Assembly (NCBI GenBank): GCA_963716255.1
Contig: OY970303.1
Span: forward strand, 5,024,001 to 5,088,000
DNA length: 64,000 nt
Origin: an uncultured Gemmatimonadales bacterium
Lineage (GTDB): Bacteria; Gemmatimonadota; Gemmatimonadetes; Longimicrobiales; Longimicrobiaceae
Direction: 5' to 3'
The position numbers and the translations under genes were made by a program. Below, in pieces: positions 56,642 to 64,000 of this stretch. The number at the start of each line of letters is the position of its first letter. The stretch's first letter is position 1. The notes beneath the pieces were generated by a model, which did no database searches, was not told where the DNA came from, and saw only the letters and a program-made list of their open reading frames with translations.

Positions 56642-59287
56642 TCAGCGGGGAGGCGGACCCTCGGGGAGCCGGAGGACGAAGGCGCTCCCCTCGGCGGGCG
56701 CGCTCCGCGCCTCGATCCCGCCTCCCAGGAGCTGGGCGAGCCGCCGCGCCACCGTGAGCCCGAGGCCGACGCCCTCCCAGGCGCGCGTGAGGCCCCGGTC
56801 CACCTGCCAGAACGGCTCGAACACCGCCTCCAGGTGCTCGGGGGCGATCCCGATCCCGGTGTCCCGCACCTCGACGGCGGCGCCCCCCGGAACCCGGTAC
56901 ACCCGGACCTCGACCCCTCCCGACTCCGTGAACTTGACCGCGTTGGAGAGCAGGGAGGCGACGATGCGCTCCACTCCGGCCGGGTCGGTGCGCACGCGCA
57001 GCGGCGCCTCCACGGCGGCGAGCCGGAACTCCAGCCCCTTGTCCCGGGCCGCCGCGGCGGCCGCGGCAGCCACCCGTTCCACCAGGGCCGCCAGGTCCGT
57101 CTCGGCCAGCTCCGGCCTCTCGCGCCCGGTCTCCAGCTGCGCCACCGTGATCATCTGCTCCACGATCTCCAGCAGGTCCGCCGCCCGCTCGCGGATCCGG
57201 CCGAGGTATCCCCTCTGGTCCTCGGTGAGCCCGGCCGCCATCTCCTGCAGCAGGGCGGCATAGCCGGTGATCGCGTTGAGCGGCGTCTTCAGCTCGTGCG
57301 AGACCACCGCGAGGAAATCCGTTTTGGCGCGGCTGCCCACCTCGCTCGCCTCGTAGAGGTGCGCGTTGTCCACGGCCAGGGCGGCCCGGCGCACCACCGC
57401 GTGCGCCACCGCCAGGTCGGCGCCCGTGTACCGGCGCCGCCCGCACGCGGCCACGAAGGTGACGAGCCCGAGCGTGCGTCCGCGCGCGACGAGGGGCACC
57501 AGCATGACCGAGCGCGGCCGCAGGCGCCGGAGGACGCGCGCGTGCTCCTGGTCGGCGGCCACCCACTCCCGGTCGGCCCGGGAAACCACCTCCGGCCGTC
57601 CGGTCCGCAGCACCCGGACGAGCGGACCGTCCGGGTCGAGAGGGACGCGGGCCGCGCGCTCGAGCAGGTATGCGTCCTCCGGCTGCCGGTGCGCGGCGGC
57701 CATCCTCGCCAGCGACCCGTCCGGCCCGAGCACGTCCACCGTGCAGGCGTCGGCGAGCGCCGGCACCGCCACCCGGGCCATCCGCCGGAGCGCGGTGGCG
57801 GAGCCCAGCGTCGAGCTCAAGACGCCCCCCGCGCGCGCGAGGAAGCGCCAGCGCCGCTCCTCCCTCCGGCGCTTCCGCTCGGCGCGGACCCGGCCGGTCA
57901 CGTCGGCCGCCATGCTGAGGACCACGCGCCGCCCGTCCGGAAGGACGCCGAGAGGCGCGGAGCAGAAGGACCAGACGCGCCACCCGCCGTCCCGGGTCCG
58001 GATGCGGTGCTCGCCCTCCTCGACGCGCGCCCGCAGCCCGTAGAGGGAGCGGATCCGGTCCCGGGCCGCATGGCTGCGGCCCCCGTAGGCGGCGTCGGTC
58101 CAGGCGGCGATGGTGGGGAGGTCGGCGAGGGTGTAGCCGCTCAGCTCGGTCCAGGCCTCGCTGAGCCGGAGCACCTCGCCGTCCTCGGCGTGCACCAGCG
58201 CGGGGAAAGGCGCGCGGGCGAGGGCGTCCAGGAGGGGCAGGTGCCATCCTCCGGGGGAGGTCCCCTCCGGGGCGGCGCTGGAAGAAGGAGCCACGGGACG
58301 TCGGGGTCGGGAGGGGTCCGGCCAGGCCCATGAGCGCGGCCCGGCTGCCTGCGCTTCCAAACTAGCGGCGCTCCGGCCCCCCGCAACGGTCGCCATCCGC
58401 GGGCGTCCGGAGCGCCGGCCCGGCTCCGGGTCTCCCGGTCCTGGATCGGCCGCGTGCCGCTCGACCACCGCGTTCACCTCCGCGCCCAGCAGCAGGACCG
58501 CGGCGGAGAGGAAGAGGTACAGCAGGAGTACGACGGCGGCGCTGACGCTGCCGTAGCTCGCCTCGTAGCGGGCGAACGTCCGCAGCCAGTACGCGAACCC
58601 CAGCGAGGCGGCCATCCAGGCCGGCACGGCCAGGACGGCGCCGGGGGTGACCAGCCGGAACCGCCGCTTCAGGTTCGGGGCGAAGTGGTAGACCAGCGCC
58701 ACCGCCACCATGAGCAGCAGGGCGGCGGCGGGCAGCCTGAGCCACGTCCATACGGTGACGAAGGCCTCGTGCAGGCCGATCCGCCCGGCGAGCCATCCCA
58801 CCACCCGCGGCCCGACCAGCATCAGGACCGCGGCTAGCATAGCCACCACGGCGAGAACGACCGTGAACACGATCGAGAGGGGATAGCGCACCCGGGGCGG
58901 GCGGTCCTCGCCGACGTCGTACGCCACGTTGAGCGCGTGCATGGTGGAGCGCACCCCCGCGGAGGCGATCCAGATCCCGAACAGGATGCCGAAGGAGAGC
59001 AAACCGCCCTCCGGCTGCCGCCGCGCGTCGGTGAGAGCCTCCACGACGGGCTCCACGACCTGCCGCGGGAGGAGGGCGGACGCGCCCGCGAGCAGGACTT
59101 CGAAGAGGCCCGGGGCCCGCAGGAAGCCCAGCAGCGCGACCAGGAAGAGGAGGAACGGGAAGAGCGCGAGGATGCCGTCGAACGCGAGCGCCGACGCGAA
59201 CGTCGTCATGTCGTCGTCGAGGAACCGCTCGACGGAGCGCCTCGCGAGCACCCGCAGCGGCAGCCCCCGGAGTCCGGGAATCCGCAT
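56642..59287 (-). CDS. Single ORF joining a YihY/BrkB membrane protein to a PAS-GAF histidine kinase
   Basis: YihY (ASALAFDGILALFP, ALNVAY, YGSVSAAVVLLLYLFL..GAEVNA) at 59287 to about 58450. No stop through the linker to PAS, GAF, VSHELKTPLNAITGY, LLSNAVKFT and GVGLGL. Confidence 0.75.
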   Translation of the reverse strand: MRIPGLRGLPLRVLARRSVERFLDDDMTTFASALAFDGILALFPFLLFLVALLGFLRAPGLFEVLLAGASALLPRQVVEPVVEALTDARRQPEGGLLSFGILFGIWIASAGVRSTMHALNVAYDVGEDRPPRVRYPLSIVFTVVLAVVAMLAAVLMLVGPRVVGWLAGRIGLHEAFVTVWTWLRLPAAALLLMVAVALVYHFAPNLKRRFRLVTPGAVLAVPAWMAASLGFAYWLRTFARYEASYGSVSAAVVLLLYLFLSAAVLLLGAEVNAVVERHAADPGPGDPEPGRRSGRPRMATVAGGRSAASLEAQAAGPRSWAWPDPSRPRRPVAPSSSAAPEGTSPGGWHLPLLDALARAPFPALVHAEDGEVLRLSEAWTELSGYTLADLPTIAAWTDAAYGGRSHAARDRIRSLYGLRARVEEGEHRIRTRDGGWRVWSFCSAPLGVLPDGRRVVLSMAADVTGRVRAERKRRREERRWRFLARAGGVLSSTLGSATALRRMARVAVPALADACTVDVLGPDGSLARMAAAHRQPEDAYLLERAARVPLDPDGPLVRVLRTGRPEVVSRADREWVAADQEHARVLRRLRPRSVMLVPLVARGRTLGLVTFVAACGRRRYTGADLAVAHAVVRRAALAVDNAHLYEASEVGSRAKTDFLAVVSHELKTPLNAITGYAALLQEMAAGLTEDQRGYLGRIRERAADLLEIVEQMITVAQLETGRERPELAETDLAALVERVAAAAAAAARDKGLEFRLAAVEAPLRVRTDPAGVERIVASLLSNAVKFTESGGVEVRVYRVPGGAAVEVRDTGIGIAPEHLEAVFEPFWQVDRGLTRAWEGVGLGLTVARRLAQLLGGGIEARSAPAEGSAFVLRLPEGPPPR

Positions 59288-59452
59288 GAGACTCCTCCTC
59301 GCTTCCGCGCCGAAGGCCGTGAAGGGACCGGACGCGGGGCCGCACGCCCGCGCCCCATCGCCCGTGCTCCGTGCACGGACCGGTCCGCGGCGGGCCGGAA
59401 CTTGCACCGCCGCCCTCGCGTCCGCCCGGCAACTCCGGACCCTAGCCCCCCG

Positions 59453-60313
59453 ATGCAGAGCCGCCTGGACCTGGACCCCATCCGCGCCCGCTTCGACGAG
59501 CCTCTCTTCGTGCTGGGAGGGACGACGGTCACGGTGGCGTCGGTGGTGAGCTTCGCGGTCTTCGTCCTGGCGGCGTTCGGCGTCTCGTGGCTGCTGCGCC
59601 GCTCGCTGCACCGCGTGTACCGGCGGCGCGGGGTGGACGAGGGAGTGCAGCACGCCCTCGACCGCCTGCTGCACTACGCCGTGGTGGCGCTGGGCTCGTT
59701 CCTGGCGCTGGACAACCTGGGCGTCTCCGTCACCGCGCTGGCCGGGCTGGGCGCGGTGCTGGCGGTCGGCATCGGGTTCGGGCTGCAGAACATCGCCCAG
59801 AACTTCGTCAGCGGCCTCATCCTGCTGCTGGAGCGTCCGGTGAAGAAGGGCGACTTCGTGGAGGTGGGCGACGTCCGCGGGACCGTCCGCGACATCCGCG
59901 CGCGGGCGACGGTGGTCACCACGCTGGACAACGTGGACATCATCGTCCCCAACGGGCGCTTCATCACCGAGCCGGTCACCAACGCGACGTTCGGCGACCG
60001 GCGCGTGCGGGTCCGGGTGGAGGTGGGCGTGGCCTACGGCTCCGACACCGACCTCGTGCGCCGAACGCTGCTGGAGGTGGCGGAGGCGAGCCCCTCCGTG
60101 CTGCGCGACCCGCCGCCGCAGGTGGTGTTCCGCGCCTTCGGCGAGTCGTCGCTGGACTTCCAGCTCCTGGTATGGCTGGCGGACCCGCGCGACGAGCAGC
60201 CGGCCGCCAGCGAGCTGCGCTTCGCGTTGGAGCGTGCGCTCCGCGGGCACGGCATCGAGATTCCCTTCCCCCAGCGCGACCTGCACCTGCGCTCGGGGTG
60301 GAAGCCCTCCTGA
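59453..60313 (+). CDS. Small-conductance mechanosensitive channel (MscS family)
   Basis: VGIGFGLQNIAQNFVSGLILLLERPVKKGD, IIVPN, VGVAYGSD, IEIPFPQRDLH. Confidence 0.95.
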   Translation: MQSRLDLDPIRARFDEPLFVLGGTTVTVASVVSFAVFVLAAFGVSWLLRRSLHRVYRRRGVDEGVQHALDRLLHYAVVALGSFLALDNLGVSVTALAGLGAVLAVGIGFGLQNIAQNFVSGLILLLERPVKKGDFVEVGDVRGTVRDIRARATVVTTLDNVDIIVPNGRFITEPVTNATFGDRRVRVRVEVGVAYGSDTDLVRRTLLEVAEASPSVLRDPPPQVVFRAFGESSLDFQLLVWLADPRDEQPAASELRFALERALRGHGIEIPFPQRDLHLRSGWKPS

Positions 60314-60339
60314 GAAGACCCGGCGACGGAAGCACCGCC

Positions 60340-60867
60340 ATGTTCTTCAGCTCGTGGTACGCTCTCCTCCGGGTCCTCGTGGTCGGCACGGCCGCGTACG
60401 CGGCGCTGGTGCTCATGCTCCGCGCGTCGGGGAAGCGGACGCTCGCCAAGATGAACGCCTTCGACCTAGTGGTGACCGTCGCCCTGGGCTCCACGCTCGC
60501 CACCGTGCTGCTGTCCAAGGACGTGGCCCTGGCCGAGGGCGTGCTCGCCTTCGCCACGCTGGTCGGGCTGCAGTTCGGCGTCGCCTGGCTGTCCGTGCGC
60601 TCGGAGAAGGTCCGGAGGGTGGTGAAGAGCGAGCCGGCGCTCCTCCTCTTCCGGGGGCGCTATCTGGACGAGGCGCTGCGCCGCGAGCGCGTCACCCGCG
60701 ACGAGGTTCGCGCGGCGCTGCGGGCCGCCGGGGTGGAGTCGCCGGACGAAGCGGACGCGGTGGTGCTGGAGACGGACGGCTCCTTCAGCGTGCTCCGGGA
60801 CCTGCCGGCGGAGGGCGGGAGCCTCCAAGGGGTGCGGGGTGTTCCGCCGGAGGCCGGCCGCGGCTAG
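60340..60867 (+). CDS. DUF421 (YetF-like) membrane protein
   Basis: SGKRTLAKMNAFDLVVTVALGSTLA, VVLETDGSFSV. Confidence 0.92.
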   Translation: MFFSSWYALLRVLVVGTAAYAALVLMLRASGKRTLAKMNAFDLVVTVALGSTLATVLLSKDVALAEGVLAFATLVGLQFGVAWLSVRSEKVRRVVKSEPALLLFRGRYLDEALRRERVTRDEVRAALRAAGVESPDEADAVVLETDGSFSVLRDLPAEGGSLQGVRGVPPEAGRG

Positions 60868-60903
60868 CTTGGCCCGGAAGAGCCCACCCGCACCTCTCCT
60901 TCC

Positions 60904-62607
60904 ATGCCGAGATCCCGACACAGGCACAACCGGCGCGCGTACGAGCGGCGCGTCCACGCCGCCGCCCTGCGCGCGCTCGACCTCACCGCGGCAGATCGGC
61001 GCGGGGTCGTGGAGGCGATGTTCCATCGCCGCCGGCGCGACGCGGTGAGCTACTGGCTGCAGCTCCTCCTCTCCATGGCCATCGCCACCGTGGGGCTGGT
61101 GCTCGGCAGCACCGCGGTGGTGATCGGCGCCATGCTGATCGCACCGCTCATGGGTCCCATCGTGGAGCTGGGGATGGGGCTGGTGGTGGGCTCGCCCGTG
61201 CTCACCCTCCGCTCCTTCGGCCGCATGGCGGGGAGCGTGCTGGCCGTGGTCGGCGGGGCGGCGCTGCTCACCGTGCTCCTCCCCTTCCACGAGGTCACCT
61301 CCGAGGTCGCCTCCCGCACGGCGCCGACCGCCCTGGACCTGCTCCTGGCCGTGTTCGTGGCGGTGGCGGCGGCGTTCACCACGGCGCGTCCCGGCTCGGA
61401 GACCACCAGCGCGGCGGCGGGCACGGCCATCGGAATCGCGCTGGTGCCGCCCGTCTGCGTGATCGGCTTCGGTCTGGGCGTACGCGACGCGGGGATCGCG
61501 TGGGGCGCCACCCTGCTGTTCCTCACCAACCTGACGGCGATCCTGCTGGTCTCGGTGCTGTTCTTCTGGGTCCTGGGCTTCGAGCGGGTGGACGAGAAGG
61601 GCTGGGAGGCGGCGGCGCTGGCGCAGTCGCGTCCGGGAGGCTTCCTGCGCCGCGCGGTGGAGGCCGTGCGGGCCGTCTTCGGCTCGCGCTACGGGAGGGC
61701 GGTCCGGGTGGGGATGCCGCTGCTGCTGGCGGCCGCGGTGTTCGTGCCGCTGAGCCGGGCGCTCGAGCAGGTCGCCTGGGAGGTCCGCACCCGCTCCGCG
61801 GTGGCGCGGATCATGGACCGGGCGCTGGAGTCCCGGCGGGCCGTGCAGTCCCAGGTCTCCGTCGCGCCGGGGGCGATCTCGACTCAGCTCTACCTGGTGG
61901 GCTCGGCGGAAGAGGCCGCCACGCTGGAGCGCGAGCTTGTGACCCGCGTCGCCGCGGCGACCGGGGTGGTTCCCACCGTCCGGGTGGTGGCGGTGCCGGA
62001 CGCGGATGCGCTCCGGCAGGCGGCCGGGACGCCGGAGGCCGCGCCCGCGCCGCGGGGGTTCGACCCCGACGAGCTCCGCCAGCAGCTGGGGACGGCGGTG
62101 CGGGGCACGTGGCCGGAAGAGCGGCTCGGTCCGCTCGTCGGCTGGAGTCTGGAGGTGCCGGATTCCGGGGCGCCGCGGGTGCGGATCGAGCACCTCGGCG
62201 AGCCGGTGGGGGCCGCCGCCGAGGCGCTGCTGGGCCGCGGCGTCTCCGAGCGCATCGGGGCGGGCGTGAGCGTCGGCACGCGCGCGTATCCGCGCGCACC
62301 CGTCACGGCGGCGCTCGAACAAGGGGAGGAGTGGCTTTCCGCGTACCTGGGCGCGGTGGAGGCGGCGCGCGGCACGGACCGCCTGTACGTCTGCGCGGGG
62401 GTGCCGGACCGGCCCTCGCTCGCCGCCGACTCGTCGCTGGCGCGGGTCTCCGACCGGGCGGGCGCGGCGGCGCAGTCTGTCGCGGGGGGACGCGTCGCGG
62501 TGGACTCCACGGGCGCGCTCTGGAGCGTCCGCTACTCCCAACGCCCGTGCGTCCGCCCCGACAGCGTGCCCGCGCCGGCCGCCGCGCAGTCCACCGCGGC
62601 GGGATGA
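60904..62607 (+). CDS. DUF389 membrane protein with long C-terminal extension (copy B)
   Basis: Same motifs as, and collinear with, 44882-46618. Confidence 0.9.
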   Translation: MPRSRHRHNRRAYERRVHAAALRALDLTAADRRGVVEAMFHRRRRDAVSYWLQLLLSMAIATVGLVLGSTAVVIGAMLIAPLMGPIVELGMGLVVGSPVLTLRSFGRMAGSVLAVVGGAALLTVLLPFHEVTSEVASRTAPTALDLLLAVFVAVAAAFTTARPGSETTSAAAGTAIGIALVPPVCVIGFGLGVRDAGIAWGATLLFLTNLTAILLVSVLFFWVLGFERVDEKGWEAAALAQSRPGGFLRRAVEAVRAVFGSRYGRAVRVGMPLLLAAAVFVPLSRALEQVAWEVRTRSAVARIMDRALESRRAVQSQVSVAPGAISTQLYLVGSAEEAATLERELVTRVAAATGVVPTVRVVAVPDADALRQAAGTPEAAPAPRGFDPDELRQQLGTAVRGTWPEERLGPLVGWSLEVPDSGAPRVRIEHLGEPVGAAAEALLGRGVSERIGAGVSVGTRAYPRAPVTAALEQGEEWLSAYLGAVEAARGTDRLYVCAGVPDRPSLAADSSLARVSDRAGAAAQSVAGGRVAVDSTGALWSVRYSQRPCVRPDSVPAPAAAQSTAAG

Positions 62608-63702
62608 CGGTCGGCCCGCCGATGAGGCTCAGCTCGCGCCTGCTCGTCCCGCTCCTCCTGGTGGCCGCGGGAGTCATGGCGGTCTACGGGAGGTGGGCGC
62701 TGCGCCAGCGGCAGACGGTGCTGGCGGAGGAAGCGCGCCGCGAGACCCGGGCCTACGACACGGCCGTCGGGATCCGCCTGGAGCAGGCGTTCCGGGACCC
62801 GGACCTCCGCGACGCGCAGGCCATCGTCAACCGGATCAGCCGGGAGCGGCAGATCTACGGAGTCCTGGTCTACGGAGCGGACGGCAGGACCCTGTTCGCC
62901 TCCGATCCCCTGTCGGTGGGGACGACCGCCCCGCCCGCGCTGCTGGGTAGGGTGCTCGCCACCGGGCAGGTCACGGAGTTCGAACGGCGCATCGGGGACG
63001 AGCACCTGTACTCCGTGCTCCACCCCATCCCGAGCTCGTCGGGGCGGGTCGCCGCCGTCTTCGAGGTGGCCCAGCCACTGGCCTCGCTCCGCGCGGGAGA
63101 CGGCCCGCATCCGCCAGCAGTTCGTCCTCAACACGCTGACGCTGCTGCTGCTGAAGCGGGAGCCCCCGCCGGAGACGCGCGGGCGGAGCCTCCGGATCAT
63201 CGTGGAGCAGATCGGCCGGATCACGCTGGTCGTGCAGAACCTGCTCGACTTCGCGCGGCGCCGGGAGCCCCGGATCGAGCTCATCGACCTGGCCCGGGTG
63301 ATCGACGGCGTCGCGGAGGTCCTGGAGGGAGAGTTCGCCCGGAACGGGGTGGAGGTGGCGCGGGAGGGGGCGCCCGCGGCGGAGATCGACGGCGATCCCC
63401 ACCTCCTCCACCAGGTCTTCACCAACCTGTTCATGAACGCCATGCAGGCGATGGAAGCGGTCGACGGCCTCCTCCCGGGCGGGGGCGGCCTAGTGGCGAC
63501 GGTGGCGGGGCCGTACCGGATCACCAGCTCCCGGTCCGCCGAGAGGGGGACGGGGAGCAGGAGCACGGTATCCCGCCCGCCGCCGGTGGAGTCCGCCGCG
63601 GATGGGACGCCGCCCCGCACGGCGACCGGAGCGGGGAGGGGCGGAGAGGCAGTCACCACGCCGGGCGGCGACGGCCGAGCTGCACCCGCAGTCCGGCGCT
63701 GA
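62604..63702 (+). pseudogene. Membrane histidine kinase pseudogene
   Basis: TM1 and sensor domain, frameshift near 63095, deletion from TM2 into HisKA across CTG repeats (no H-box), N-box QVFTNLFMNAMQA, G-boxes lost. Confidence 0.82.
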
Positions 63703-63850
63703 AGAAGAAGTTGTGCGCCAGTGGGCGGGAGCGTCCCCGGCGTCCCCGGCGCGTCGACGGTATCGTACCGGCGGCGTAGTCGCGCGGCCGGCGTCAGGAG
63801 GCGCTTGGAGATCCCCAGCCTCAGCCCCGCGCCGAGAACGACCGACCGCC
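63653..63850 (-). pseudogene. Possible outer-membrane beta-barrel C-terminal remnant
   Basis: Beta-strand-like peptides VVLGAGLRLGI and AHNFFFSAGLRVQLG in different frames. Confidence 0.3.
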
Positions 63851-64000
63851 CACCCGGTATGCGCTCTCCATTTCGCGTGGCGTCACCTGGGGGCGCGGGG
63901 CGGGGAGCCCGGCGCGGCGGGGATCAGCGCGCCCATCCGCAGTGCGAGGTCGAGCAGCTGCTGGCGCTGGGTCTGGAGGTCGGCCGCGACTGTGAGGTCG

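Noticed and set aside
59288..60286. N-terminal extension of the 1214-aa ORF
   Set aside because: Antisense to MscS. The coding signal starts at the YihY Met (59287).
60234..62603. 1181-aa ORF over DUF421 and DUF389
   Set aside because: Off-frame shadow. Only the part from 62604 is kinase-like.
63900..64000. Coding-like minus-strand peptide DLTVAADLQTQRQQLLDLALRMG at the window edge
   Set aside because: Too short and truncated to assign.

Overview
Very GC-rich bacterial DNA. The expanded PAS/GAF kinases with EEQAxELExxNxEL coils and the GntR type suggest Gemmatimonadota (Longimicrobium-like); this is an inference. I found no rRNA, tRNA or CRISPR array. The window is an accessory stress/ion-homeostasis and signalling region in five parts. 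(1) 0-7 kb: two APH-like kinases, a RhuM-family gene and a lipoprotein phosphodiesterase. (2) 7-19.5 kb: TrkA-type K+ channel, MarR, a 59-aa membrane peptide, OtsA, a Cys-rich copper-storage protein, a DAACS symporter, ClC-CBS, a CPA2-USP-PTS EIIA fusion and a wHTH/DUF5985-like module. A shared 22-bp palindrome links two of these promoters. (3) 19.7-35 kb: five cytoplasmic histidine kinases, three receivers, and FIST and MEDS sensors. (4) 36-41 kb: a copper-type cassette (CxxC/xAPP leader ORF, MbnP, MbnH, TonB receptor) with no methanobactin synthesis genes. (5) 41-64 kb: NhaA, a Ca/Na exchanger with a candidate nhaA-I-like leader, DedA, two DUF389 paralogues in an inverted duplication, two 6TM channels, GntR, USP, DUF2254, a YihY-kinase fusion ORF, MscS and DUF421. 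The region is visibly decaying, with many frameshifted or deleted gene remnants and a 110-bp IS630-like miniature element. All family assignments come from motif recognition by eye, not database searches, and start codons are best estimates.
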